Assembly: GCA_964344035.1 (NCBI GenBank)
Contig: CAYFLK010000011.1
Location: 339 to 64,338 of the forward strand
Source: an uncultured Pseudomonadota bacterium
GTDB taxonomy: Bacteria > SAR324 > NAC60-12
Length of the DNA: 64,000 nucleotides
Direction: 5' to 3'
Part shown: piece after piece, positions 27,510 through 37,435 of the stretch
Position numbering within the stretch: position 1 is the stretch's first letter
How the letters are laid out: each line of letters starts with the position of its first letter
The notes under the pieces: generated by a model
What the model saw: only the letters and a program-made list of their open reading frames with translations
What the model was told of the DNA's origin: nothing
The model's database searches: none
Program-made: the position numbers and the translations under genes

Positions 27510-27907
27510 TCGTTGTTGATACCAATGTCATTTCATACCTCTTGCTGACCGGCGATAAAAGTCCTGATGCAGATAAATTGTTTGCGCATGATAATCATTG
27601 GATTGCTCCGCCATTGTGGCGCAGTGAGTTCAGGAATGTACTGTCTATCTATTTGCGCAAAGGAATCATATCCTTTGATGAAGCGCTCACTTTATCTGAG
27701 AATGCTGTAATGCTGATGAAAGAGAACGAGTACAATGTTTCTTTTTACGATGTTCTTAAACTGGTTCAAGACAGTACTTGCAGCGCTTACGACTGTGAAT
27801 TTGTAGCATTAGCCGATAATTTCGAGATACCCTTGTACACGATGGACAAAAAAATATTGCAGGATTTTCCAGCTACGGCTCGTTCTTTGACTGCCGTCAG
27901 TGATTGA
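27506..27907 (+). CDS. vapC: PIN-domain ribonuclease toxin VapC
   Basis: 133 aa. MIVVDTNVISYLLL.. carries the first PIN acidic residue. A conserved D/E layout follows (FYDVLKL, YTMDKK). Confidence 0.75.
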   Translation: MIVVDTNVISYLLLTGDKSPDADKLFAHDNHWIAPPLWRSEFRNVLSIYLRKGIISFDEALTLSENAVMLMKENEYNVSFYDVLKLVQDSTCSAYDCEFVALADNFEIPLYTMDKKILQDFPATARSLTAVSD

Positions 27908-27911
27908 TCCG

Positions 27912-29180
27912 CTAAACCACTCCCTTTTCTGCCAGTACTTCGCATTCTTCCTCGCTCATCCCCAGCCATTCCTTCAAGACCTCGTTTGTGTGCTGCCCCA
28001 AGGTCGGCGGAGCGTGACGGTAGCTGACCGGAGTTTCCGACATTTTCAGCGGACTGCCGATCAAGCTGACCTCGCCGTGTTCGGAGAGCGGGTGCGGCAT
28101 GGAAATTTCCATTTGGCGGTGTTGAATTTGCGGATCGTCAAAAACATCCTTGACAGTGTTTACAGGACCGCAGGGGACCTGCAGTTTTTCCAGTTCTTCC
28201 AACCAATATTTTGTAGCATGTTTTTGTGTCAATTTATTGATCAGCAGTGCTAAAACATCACGATTTTTGACGCGGTCGGCATTTGTTTTGAAACGCGGAT
28301 CGTCAGCCAATTCCGCCGCTCCGGCCATTTTACAAAACTTCCGGAATTGCGCGTCATTACCGACTGCCAAAACGAAATACCCGTCGCTGCTTTGGAAAAC
28401 CTGGTAAGGGACGACGTTCGGGTGGGCGTTTCCAAGCCGATGCTGGTTCTCCCTTGAAGTAAGGTAATTCAATCCGGAATTGATCAGCCATGCCGCCTGC
28501 GTGTCGAGCAGTGACAAATCGATGTGCTGCCCGCTACCTCCCTGGTCACGGTGATGGATTGCGGCAAGTATTGAGACCGCCGCGTACATCCCGCACATTA
28601 CGTCGGCGATACCCACGCCGACTTTCATCGGTGCGCCGTCAGGCTCGCCGGTGACGCTCATGATCCCACCTATGGCCTGAATCAGGAAATCGTATCCGAG
28701 CCGATGCGAATAAGGGCCGGTCTGCCCAAATCCGGAAATTGAGCAGTAAATCAAGTCGGGGTTGTCTGCACGCAAACTCTCGTAATCAAGACCGTATTTC
28801 TTCAGTCCGCCGACCTTGTAATTCTCAATCAGCACGTCGCATTTCCCGGACAGTCCGCGGATTATTTCCTGCCCTTCCGGTTTTGTTATGTCCACGGTCA
28901 TTGAGCGTTTGTTGCGGTTGGCACAGAGATAGTACGCGCTTTCTGAAGTTTCATTTCCCTCAGCATCTTTCACATAAGGTGGTCCCCATTTGCGGGTGTC
29001 GTCTCCTGCTCCAGGACGTTCAACCTTGATCACCTCCGCACCCATATCTCCAAGTATTTGGGTGCAGGTCGGTCCGGCCAGAATCCTGCTCATGTCTAAA
29101 ATGGGCAATCCCTTTAAAGGGCCTTTGTTTTGGATTTTACCGGGACATGGAGCGCAAAGTTTTGAGTGTTGATTTTGCAT
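27912..29180 (-). CDS. family III CoA-transferase (CaiB/BaiF/formyl-CoA transferase family)
   Basis: 422 aa. Motifs GLPILDMSRILAGPTCTQILGDMGAEVIKVERPG and GYDFLIQAIGGIMSVTGEPDG are the family signatures. Confidence 0.8.
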   Translation of the reverse strand: MQNQHSKLCAPCPGKIQNKGPLKGLPILDMSRILAGPTCTQILGDMGAEVIKVERPGAGDDTRKWGPPYVKDAEGNETSESAYYLCANRNKRSMTVDITKPEGQEIIRGLSGKCDVLIENYKVGGLKKYGLDYESLRADNPDLIYCSISGFGQTGPYSHRLGYDFLIQAIGGIMSVTGEPDGAPMKVGVGIADVMCGMYAAVSILAAIHHRDQGGSGQHIDLSLLDTQAAWLINSGLNYLTSRENQHRLGNAHPNVVPYQVFQSSDGYFVLAVGNDAQFRKFCKMAGAAELADDPRFKTNADRVKNRDVLALLINKLTQKHATKYWLEELEKLQVPCGPVNTVKDVFDDPQIQHRQMEISMPHPLSEHGEVSLIGSPLKMSETPVSYRHAPPTLGQHTNEVLKEWLGMSEEECEVLAEKGVV

Positions 29181-29319
29181 GCAATTCTTGTTTTATTATT
29201 AATTTATGCCTTATTTTCAGATTGAATAATAATATATACTGGATGCAAAATGATATAAGGGTCTGAATAGCTCAGGATTGCAAGCTTTAGTAGTAAAAAA
29301 TTAGGGTCATAATGACTGC

Positions 29320-29961
29320 TCACTTGGCGATTTGAAATTTCTCGTCATAATAGCTTGCTGAGACTATCGTTTTCCATGAATCAAGAAATTTCTGATAATA
29401 TTCCGGTTCATCCTTCAAAACCCGTTGCAATGTCATACCTCGCAAGAGTTGAATTGTGAGATCAAACAGCATTTCAACCCTTTCAGGTGTGACCCCTGTG
29501 TCACGAAAAAACTGAGACCAAATTTCGTCGTAATTGCTATATAAACGATTCAGAATTGGCACCAGTTTTCCTCGCAATTCAGCATCGGTCCTGGCGGCAA
29601 TTATCATTTCAATAGAAGCACTACTCACACGGGGCCTGAAAACTTTTTCCCACAAACCGTCAATGAAATCATTTAATGAAAGTTGGCCGCCGTACACAGT
29701 CTTAGCCAATTTACGTACATCGACGGTAATCCGTTCCCAATGATATTCTGCAGTGGCAGTAATCAGGTCGTGTTTTGAAGGAAAATGATGCACCAACGCA
29801 CCCCGCGAAACCCCTGCACGACGGGCTATTTCTGGAGTGCTGGTTTTGTTGTAGCCAAGTTCATTCAAGCAATCAATTGTTGCTTCCAACAATCGTTTCT
29901 TGGTTTCCGCACTTCGCTCTACTTGAGTGCGTCTTTTTTTAGGCAAGTGTGCCGATCCCAT
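29320..29961 (-). CDS. TetR/AcrR family transcriptional regulator
   Basis: 213 aa. N-terminal HTH KKRLLEATIDCLNELGYNKTSTPEIARRAGVSRGALVHHFPSK. Confidence 0.8.
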   Translation of the reverse strand: MGSAHLPKKRRTQVERSAETKKRLLEATIDCLNELGYNKTSTPEIARRAGVSRGALVHHFPSKHDLITATAEYHWERITVDVRKLAKTVYGGQLSLNDFIDGLWEKVFRPRVSSASIEMIIAARTDAELRGKLVPILNRLYSNYDEIWSQFFRDTGVTPERVEMLFDLTIQLLRGMTLQRVLKDEPEYYQKFLDSWKTIVSASYYDEKFQIAK

Positions 29962-31117
29962 ACGCGCCGCGCATCAATTTTCCGTTTTCAAAACGGTTCA
30001 TGTCATACATCTCAATCGGCACACGGGGTTTGTTACCAAGAATCTGTTGCGCCAATGATTCACCGATGGTAGGGGCAAGTTTGAAACCGTGCCCGCTGAA
30101 TCCGACTGCTGCAGTTACGCCGTCAAATCCTGGAACCGGGCCAATGATAGGACACCAATCGGGAGGAATGTCATACGGTCCAGTCCAACTATTCACCAGC
30201 TTTGCATCGGCAAAAGAGGGCATCCGGTTGGTCATGAGCTTGCCGATACGTTCAACATGCTGCATTTCTACTTCGTCTGTCAGCTTTTCAATGTCTTCGA
30301 GCGGTTCTCCGTGGTCTCCTGTTCCTACCAAAACCACTCCACCGGAATCCGGACGAAAATAGATTTTTTCCGGAGTCAGTAAATCTTTCACAATCGGCCA
30401 ATCTTTTTCATATGGGCGGTCTATCTTCAAAGTCAACACCTTGTGTTTGCTGATTTCATAAGGGAATTTGACTCCAATCATATCCCCCAAAGCATGAGTC
30501 CAAGGCCCAGCGGAGAAAATAAGCGTTGGAGTTTCAAAATCTGTTTGAGGCGTTACCACTGTTTTATTTGTGCCGTTGAACCGGATTCCGGTAACGGGTG
30601 TTCCGGTTTTAAATATGACTCCTAACTCTTTTGCGCGTTTTGTGTAGGCAGTTGTCGTCAAATACGGATCGCAATAACCGGTGCGGGATTCGTAACCTAT
30701 CAAATCCACATCTTTGAATTGGAGCAGAGGATGCAGTTCGTTAGCTTCCGCGGGAGTTAAAGTTTGGGTGTGAATGCCGTATTTATTTTGCATTTGGAAA
30801 ACTTTTTCCATTTGCAGGCTAAATTTCTCAGAACCTAAAATCATGTGTCCGGTACGTTGAAACCCCGGCTTGCCGCCGATAATTTCATCAAAATTTTCAA
30901 AAATTTTTATGCTTTCCACCGCATGGCGCATATTGGCTTCGATGGAATAATGACTGCGTGTGATTGCGCAAGATTTCGCCGTTCCTCCGGAACAGACCTC
31001 TTCCTTATCCAACACAATCACATTATTTGCGCCTAGATGAGCCAAGTTGTAGGCAATGCTACATCCGATGATTCCGCCGCCGATGATGATGAAATCTGCT
31101 GTTTTGGTTTGTTGCAT
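29939..31117 (-). CDS. FAD-dependent oxidoreductase (DadA/glycine-sarcosine oxidase beta-like)
   Basis: 392 aa. N-terminal dinucleotide-binding motif DFIIIGGGIIGCSIAY. DAO-family layout. Confidence 0.7.
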   Translation of the reverse strand: MQQTKTADFIIIGGGIIGCSIAYNLAHLGANNVIVLDKEEVCSGGTAKSCAITRSHYSIEANMRHAVESIKIFENFDEIIGGKPGFQRTGHMILGSEKFSLQMEKVFQMQNKYGIHTQTLTPAEANELHPLLQFKDVDLIGYESRTGYCDPYLTTTAYTKRAKELGVIFKTGTPVTGIRFNGTNKTVVTPQTDFETPTLIFSAGPWTHALGDMIGVKFPYEISKHKVLTLKIDRPYEKDWPIVKDLLTPEKIYFRPDSGGVVLVGTGDHGEPLEDIEKLTDEVEMQHVERIGKLMTNRMPSFADAKLVNSWTGPYDIPPDWCPIIGPVPGFDGVTAAVGFSGHGFKLAPTIGESLAQQILGNKPRVPIEMYDMNRFENGKLMRGAYGIGTLA

Positions 31118-31152
31118 TTAGGGTGTGCCCATTATTGTGTTGGTTGGATTTA

Positions 31153-31908
31153 TCAAAGAATCTGGCTCAAAAATTCTTTAGTGCGCGGGTCTTTTGCTTT
31201 ATTGAAAAAAGAAACAGGCGGGCCATGCTCCACGATCACACCTTTATCGGTGAAATAAATGTGATCGGCAAGTTCACGGGCGAAACCCATTTCATGGGTG
31301 ACAAGGATGCAGGTCATTCCTTCGGCGGCGAGTTCCTTTATGGTGACAAGCACCTCCTTGATGGTTTCCGGATCGAGTGCGGCGGTTACCTCATCGAAGA
31401 GCATCACATCTGGATTCATGGCCAGCGACCGGGCGATTGCGACGCGCTGCTGTTGCCCACCGGAAAGTTCTCCAGGATAGTTGTTTTCCTTGTCTTCAAG
31501 CCTTACCTTGCGGATCAACGCTTGAGACATGGTGCGTGCTTTTTCTTTGGGTTCTTTCAGCACCAGTACAGGGGCCATCATCACGTTTTCCAGCGCCGTC
31601 TTGTGCGGAAACAGATTATATTGCTGGAAAACCATGCCCACATTTTTGCGTAATTCCAATTTGTTCAAATCCGGGTCATTGACCTCTATCCCGTGTACTT
31701 TGATTGAACCGGAATTGATGTCATTGAGGGCGTTTATGCAACGAATCAAAGTTGACTTTCCGGAACCGGAAGGGCCAATGATACATATCACTTCGCCTTT
31801 CATTACATCAAAGCTGATGCCTTTGAGAACTTCGAGTTCACCGAAGGATTTGTGTACGTTTTTGAGCGAAACGATGGGTTGATCAGGAGTCCAGTTGTTT
31901 TCAGACAT
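31153..31908 (-). CDS. polar amino acid ABC transporter ATP-binding protein
   Basis: 251 aa. Walker A GPSGSGKST. ABC signature LSGGQQQRVAIARSL. Walker B MLFDEVT. HisP/GlnQ-like. Confidence 0.85.
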   Translation of the reverse strand: MSENNWTPDQPIVSLKNVHKSFGELEVLKGISFDVMKGEVICIIGPSGSGKSTLIRCINALNDINSGSIKVHGIEVNDPDLNKLELRKNVGMVFQQYNLFPHKTALENVMMAPVLVLKEPKEKARTMSQALIRKVRLEDKENNYPGELSGGQQQRVAIARSLAMNPDVMLFDEVTAALDPETIKEVLVTIKELAAEGMTCILVTHEMGFARELADHIYFTDKGVIVEHGPPVSFFNKAKDPRTKEFLSQIL

Positions 31909-31917
31909 GTGAGTCCC

Positions 31918-32820
31918 TCAAAATTTCACGGAATAGCATTCTTCAAGTTTCAGGGTCCAGCGGGCAATGGGGTAGCAATAGGCAAAGAAGATCAATAGAG
32001 CAAACCCGAAGAATGGGATCAGCAATTCGGGGTGGTTATCCTCGGCTTCCATCGCCTGACGCGAGAGAGTGATTATTTCCTCTACCCCAAGCAGCGAAAC
32101 GAGAGGGGTGGCCATCGTTAATATCGCGTACCAGTTCATCCACGGCGGGATCATGCGTTTGAAACATTGTGGGAGTATTATTTGCCAAAGCGTCTGGGTG
32201 CGTGAGAAAGCAAGCGATTCAGAGGCCTCCCACTGCCCGGTAGGCACTGACTGCACTGCCCCGCGGACGACCTCGGAGATGTTGGCCATGATTGGTAGAG
32301 AAAGCCCGAAAACAGCCTTCAACCAATCCGGGATAGAGATGATGTGGTCCCCAATCTCGATTTCAAACGGGAAGGTAAGCATGACGATGAAGAGCAGTAC
32401 CAGCCACGGGGAGTTTCGGAAAAGCTGGGTGCAGAACCAGGAAAGTACACGAATCGGAGAAAAGATAGAGATCTGTCCCAGTCCGAGTAAAACACCCGCA
32501 GCCGTGCCTAATGCCATGGTGCAAAAACTGATCACAAGATTCATCAGAAAACCGCTGCCGACGATGAAGGGTAGCCAGCGCCAAAGAGCAGCAAATGCTT
32601 GAACGAGAGTGTAGTTCGATTGTGCCAAAGCTGCCATCGGGTAGAAAGAAGCAAATACAGCCAGGATGAACAGCGCCTTTGGCGACAAAGAGGATAGCCA
32701 GCGGCTGAAACGCAGGTTGGTCGGCATCCCAGCAACGCTGACCTGGAACGGTAGTAGTACCGGCAAGTCTGTTTGATGAAAGTTGGGTTGCTTTCCGGGA
32801 ACGATAGGCGTATGAAACAC
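31918..32820 (-). CDS. amino acid ABC transporter permease
   Basis: 300 aa. Multi-transmembrane. EAA-like loop EASESLAFSRTQTLWQIILP. Confidence 0.75.
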   Translation of the reverse strand: MFHTPIVPGKQPNFHQTDLPVLLPFQVSVAGMPTNLRFSRWLSSLSPKALFILAVFASFYPMAALAQSNYTLVQAFAALWRWLPFIVGSGFLMNLVISFCTMALGTAAGVLLGLGQISIFSPIRVLSWFCTQLFRNSPWLVLLFIVMLTFPFEIEIGDHIISIPDWLKAVFGLSLPIMANISEVVRGAVQSVPTGQWEASESLAFSRTQTLWQIILPQCFKRMIPPWMNWYAILTMATPLVSLLGVEEIITLSRQAMEAEDNHPELLIPFFGFALLIFFAYCYPIARWTLKLEECYSVKF

Positions 32821-32822
32821 AG

Positions 32823-33578
32823 TCAGCCCCCGTAGCCCGGAATGTACATGGCCCGTTCCCAGCGGTGCATCCCGAAGACAAGTATACCGACCAATGTGAT
32901 GTAGACGACAAACAACAGAACCATCGAAGCGTTCATGGACGTCGAGTAGTCGTTGTAGATGCTCACCATCTGGTAGAGCAGTTCAGGAACTGCGATCGCC
33001 ATCGCCTGGGTGGTGGTTTTTACCAGGTTGACCAAGTTGTTGTTCAAAGCGGGTAAACTGACCCGGAAAGCGAGCGGCAGCACTATATAGCGGTAGGTTT
33101 GCAGCCGGCTGATACCCAGCGCTTCGGAAGCTTCCTTGGTTGATTCAGGGATTGCCTCGATTCCGGCACGGAAGATTTCTACATTAAATGCGCCGGCAAA
33201 AAATGAAAGTGAAATGATCGCCCAGCCCACGTTGGAGATAATCGGCACCTCAAGCCAGCCATCGGGAGAATAGGTTGGCGTGAACTGCCCCAGGGCGAAA
33301 TAAAAAAACATGAGCTGGATCAGTGGTGGAGTATTGCGGAAAAACTGGATATAGGCCTGAACCAGCCAGCGCACTAACCGGTTAGCCAGGGTTTGCAACC
33401 ATGCTCCGATAACCCCGATGACTACGCTTAAGATCACACACACCACGGAAAGTTGAACGGTCGTCCAAAAGCCCTCCACCACCCTATCCCACTGCACCGT
33501 GTCATAGAAGAAGATGAAGTTCCACTTGGCGTTTCCCGTGTAAAGATCCAAAAAAAATTGGCTAAAGGAATCCAACAT
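32823..33578 (-). CDS. amino acid ABC transporter permease
   Basis: 251 aa. Multi-transmembrane. EAA loop EASEALGISRLQTYRYIVLP. Confidence 0.75.
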   Translation of the reverse strand: MLDSFSQFFLDLYTGNAKWNFIFFYDTVQWDRVVEGFWTTVQLSVVCVILSVVIGVIGAWLQTLANRLVRWLVQAYIQFFRNTPPLIQLMFFYFALGQFTPTYSPDGWLEVPIISNVGWAIISLSFFAGAFNVEIFRAGIEAIPESTKEASEALGISRLQTYRYIVLPLAFRVSLPALNNNLVNLVKTTTQAMAIAVPELLYQMVSIYNDYSTSMNASMVLLFVVYITLVGILVFGMHRWERAMYIPGYGG

Positions 33579-33717
33579 TACTGATAAGCGCGTCGGGTAG
33601 AAACGAAGGCGACCGGAGATAAGAGAGGATCAACTCCGGCCGCAAGCTAGAGAAAGGGAAGTTGCAAATTAGGTGATCACCAAACCATACGCCTGATGCA
33701 GCCCAATCCGTTTTGTG

Positions 33718-34638
33718 TTATTTCGCCAGCCAATCGTTGTGTTGCTTTTTTTGGTCAACGAGGAATTTGGTAGCCTGGATGCCGTGTTTCTTTTCCAGCT
33801 CGATCAGGCGGCCTGACTGGTGCCAGTTGTAGGTCATGCCGGACATGAAGTTGCCGAAAATGCAGTTCTTCTCTGCCAAAGGAACCGCCAACCCCCAAGG
33901 GTTGTCGTCCTCGGAAGCAAGCGGCATTTCAAAGTCGTTCCAATTGCCTGAGGCGAGGTCGGACATAATTGAGGAGTCATCATAGACCCAGGCAATACAC
34001 TTTTTGTCTCGAAGTGCCTGCTTGGCTTCGGCATTTCCGGTGAAAGCGGTTATCTTAGCGCCGTAGCGATCAGAGACTATCTTGTTATAGAACGCACCTT
34101 GTTTGCCGCAGACAGGCTTGCCACGCAGGTCTTCCCACGACTTCAAACCTAATGCTTTCGGAGACATTATGTTCGTTCCCGAAGTATAGTAGTTGGGCTG
34201 TGTGATGCCTACAATCTTGCGGCGGTCCAGGCGATCAGACATTGTGGCGATCATCATGTCGATCTTGCCCTGGTTGAGAAACTGCATGCGGTTGGAGGAT
34301 TGCACCGGCACCAGTTCCAGTTCCACGTTCATCGCTTCGGCCACGTCCTTGGCCATGTCAACCTCCATTCCCACCACTTCACCGCTGGTGTTGCGGTAGC
34401 CCCATGGCTTGTAGTCTGCCTTGACACCTACCACGAGCTTACCACGTTTCATCACCTTGTTCCAAACGTCATTCGCGCATTGCCCTGCACTGGCAACACT
34501 TCCCATCGAAAATGCCGAGGTGACACCTGCTAACAAAGCTATTTTCAATGTTCTTTCAATCCATGTTCTCATCTCTACTCCTTTTGATAGAAGATCCTCT
34601 GTTTCACAAACGCGTGAAACATAAACATAATAAACCAA
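33718..34638 (-). CDS. ABC transporter substrate-binding protein (family 3, polar amino acid)
   Basis: The ORF is 306 aa. The likely true start is the internal MRTWIERTLKIALLAGVTSAFSMGSVASA (a signal peptide). GKLVVGVKADYKPWGY is typical of SBP_bac_3. Confidence 0.75.
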   Translation of the reverse strand: MVYYVYVSRVCETEDLLSKGVEMRTWIERTLKIALLAGVTSAFSMGSVASAGQCANDVWNKVMKRGKLVVGVKADYKPWGYRNTSGEVVGMEVDMAKDVAEAMNVELELVPVQSSNRMQFLNQGKIDMMIATMSDRLDRRKIVGITQPNYYTSGTNIMSPKALGLKSWEDLRGKPVCGKQGAFYNKIVSDRYGAKITAFTGNAEAKQALRDKKCIAWVYDDSSIMSDLASGNWNDFEMPLASEDDNPWGLAVPLAEKNCIFGNFMSGMTYNWHQSGRLIELEKKHGIQATKFLVDQKKQHNDWLAK

Positions 34639-35090
34639 TACGATAATTCGTATTCGGTTTAAAAGGGAAGTTGCATACCAGAATTATACTTCACTGAATA
34701 CCTGTTTTGGTTACACTGAAAAAAAACTCATGGTATCTCCCGTTTGATGAAAATACCTTCGCAAAACTCATTCACGAAGGAAATACGCAAACTGTGCCAT
34801 TCAACTGTGTCATTCAACTGTGGAATGACCTGCTGAATGATGTCTGCGCATTAACAAACAGACTTGTATGTTTTTTTTGTTTACTGTGTCAAGCATTTTT
34901 TTCACCTATTGCTTTTGAACTGATCAGGTTCGTCTTTAGGCTTTGTAGATACTCAATCGCAATAAATGGAGCCGAAACCCGGGAAGGGTGTTTCAACTGG
35001 CAAAAGTCTGAAAGGCTGGCAGAATGATCTGCATGTAGAATTCACTGCACTTTCATTTCAGTTTGGTTCATACCGAACAGACGTGGAAGG

Positions 35091-35474
35091 ATGTTCATTT
35101 TAAACACAATGAAACAACAATCCATGGAGGAACTGGTTGAGCAGCTGAGGAAATTTGCCATGGAACGTGACTGGGAGCAGTTTCATTCCCCGAAAAACCT
35201 GGCGATGGCCCTGAGTGCGGAAACGGCGGAGATCCTGGAAATTTTCCAGTGGCTGACTGAGCGGCAAAGCAGGGAACTGGACGACACGACCCGAAATATG
35301 CTGGCGGAGGAAATCGGGGATGTGATGAACTACCTCACATTGCTCGGAGACAAGTTCGGCATAAACCCGGTGGAGGCGGCCAAGTACAAAATAGTGCTGA
35401 ACGAGAAAAAATATCCGGTGCACAAGGCCCGGGGAAAAGCGTTGAAATACGACCGCTTGCAGGATGCCGGTTGA
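35091..35474 (+). CDS. MazG-like nucleotide pyrophosphohydrolase domain protein
   Basis: 127 aa. Motifs ALSAETAEILEIFQW and EEIGDVMNYLTLL are the MazG/HisE-family EExxE/D signatures. Confidence 0.7.
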   Translation: MFILNTMKQQSMEELVEQLRKFAMERDWEQFHSPKNLAMALSAETAEILEIFQWLTERQSRELDDTTRNMLAEEIGDVMNYLTLLGDKFGINPVEAAKYKIVLNEKKYPVHKARGKALKYDRLQDAG

Positions 35475-35547
35475 GTAAGGATAACCTGTGCCGGGATTTC
35501 GGAAGAGGTGAAACGATCCTCCTGCCTCATCGGCGAAGAATCCGGAT

Positions 35548-36027
35548 TCATCCTGAAGGATGTTCGAACACCACGCCCTGGCTGCCGAGGTACGCTTCCG
35601 AGATCTGTTTTTGCAGGCGTTCGGCGATCTCCCGGTCATCGTCAGCGAGATCACCTTCACCCATCTGCTGGAGGACTTCCGCGCGGGAGAAGTAAGCGGT
35701 GACGTATTGCGGGTTAAGTTCCACCGCGTGGTTGAAATCCTCCAGCGCCGGTTCCAGTTTTTTTAAAGCCAGGTAAGCGTTGCCCCGGGCGCAGAGAACT
35801 TTGGCCTGTTCCGGGTTTATCCTCAAAGCGGCATCGAAATCCGTGACCGCCTGTTTGTACTGCCGATTTTTGAAAAAAGCCGCGCCGCGGCTGAATAATG
35901 CCACCGGGTGTTCCGGGTCTTCTTTCAGGACCTGGCTGAAGCAGTGGATGCTTTTTTCAAGGTTGCCGGCGACAAGGGCTTCCTGGCCGTCAAGCAGTGT
36001 GGACTGAATTTCCGTCATTGTCATCAA
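35548..36027 (-). CDS. tetratricopeptide (TPR) repeat protein
   Basis: 159 aa. Four recognisable TPR units (A..Y/F..A...P patterns). Confidence 0.65.
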   Translation of the reverse strand: MMTMTEIQSTLLDGQEALVAGNLEKSIHCFSQVLKEDPEHPVALFSRGAAFFKNRQYKQAVTDFDAALRINPEQAKVLCARGNAYLALKKLEPALEDFNHAVELNPQYVTAYFSRAEVLQQMGEGDLADDDREIAERLQKQISEAYLGSQGVVFEHPSG

Positions 36028-36165
36028 GCAATAATGGGGTTAACCTATCGACACATGCAAAGTATGGCTTTTTTCACAAACGACACACCAGCCTGTCAGA
36101 GGTATTCAATAAATGCCCATCGCGGGGCAGAAGCAATGAGACATTTTACAGCATAAGGGGTATGG

Positions 36166-36960
36166 ATGGAAACCGCTCATTCACAAAACACCAGGAACGA
36201 GAACAAGGATTTCAAACTGAAACCGCTTCCTCTTGAAGGTGTTTTCCCCTTTTCCTGTTACCCGGGAATCACCTGTTTCAACCATTGCTGCAAGGACATA
36301 GACATCCTCCTCACTCCCCTGGACATCATCAAACTGAAAAAATCCCAGCGCATACCTTCATCAAAATTCCTGGAAACCCATGTCTGGATTCACAACCTGC
36401 CCGAAACACACATTCCTTTGGTGCGTCTGAAGATGAAAGAAGGAGACCGGAGATCGTGCGTTTTTCTGGATGAAGAAAAGGATTGCGGCGTGTACGAAAA
36501 CCGGCCGACAGTGTGTCGCAGTTATCCTCTCGGTTTCGGGCTGACAAACAGGAGTTTTGATGAAGAACACGAGAAGCACTTCATGATCATCGAGCCGATG
36601 TGCCATGGACACAGGGAGAAACAAGAGTGGACGCTTGAGCGCTGGAAAAAAGACCAGGGGGTTGACTCGTTTGAGGAATTGAACAAGAACTGGATCGAAC
36701 TGGTGGTGAAACTGAAAACTTCCGGGGGCAAGGAAATGAAGGACCCTCAACGCACATGGTTCATGATGGCCAGCTACGATATGGACACCTTTCGTGAATT
36801 TGTCTCCCGCAGTTCGTTTTATGCATCCTTCAACCTTGATGAAAAAACAATATCCGAGACAAAAGCGGACGATGAATCCCTGCTGCGCCTTGCCCTCGAT
36901 TGGCAGCAGTTCATGTTTTTCCATGAAGGTCCATTGAAACTTCAAGGGAGCAAAGAATGA
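36166..36960 (+). CDS. YkgJ/UPF0153 family putative Fe-S or zinc-chelating protein (CxxCxxCC domain)
   Basis: 264 aa. The motif FSCYPGITCFNHCCKD is the CxxCxxCC signature. Further Cys residues follow (CVFLDEEKDCGVYENRPTVC). Confidence 0.6.
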   Translation: METAHSQNTRNENKDFKLKPLPLEGVFPFSCYPGITCFNHCCKDIDILLTPLDIIKLKKSQRIPSSKFLETHVWIHNLPETHIPLVRLKMKEGDRRSCVFLDEEKDCGVYENRPTVCRSYPLGFGLTNRSFDEEHEKHFMIIEPMCHGHREKQEWTLERWKKDQGVDSFEELNKNWIELVVKLKTSGGKEMKDPQRTWFMMASYDMDTFREFVSRSSFYASFNLDEKTISETKADDESLLRLALDWQQFMFFHEGPLKLQGSKE

Positions 36961-37435
36961 CTCCGTGTATGCTTTTGTTCCGGAATCAGCATTCCTCATT
37001 CCACACATCCGGGCATCAAACATGGTTTTTCGGCACAAATCCACTTTCATGCTTCAACCGAGATGGGAATCCGGTTAATTAACCCAAAATCTACGTAAAT
37101 TTACTAATAGCGCTTCGACAGAACAGGTCTAGTATAGCACGGGGGTGTCGCATCCCCATCGGATTCCCGGGGTTTCGGGTTCAAAACCGTTACGATCCCG
37201 GGATATAACCAACCCGCATAAACGGGGACCGTGTTTCTCATCAACTTCATTTCTACTTACAGTAGCGCCTGCTGTAAGCCCTTCACAAAAAACCCGGCAA
37301 TCCCCGCATCCATTCATACATGGACAGGGATTGATATTTCACATTCCCAGCAGGGCGATATACGGATGCAACAGCGGCGTTTCTCCATTCCGGAGGGCGT
37401 TCCAAATCCGACAACCTTAATATGGAGAAACCACT

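Noticed and set aside
37150-37210. tRNA-like T-arm (GGGTTCAAAACCG) upstream of the transporter gene
   Set aside because: No acceptor stem, anticodon arm or D-arm could be built around it. The stem is only 3 bp, and CCCGGG self-complementarity explains the local pairing.
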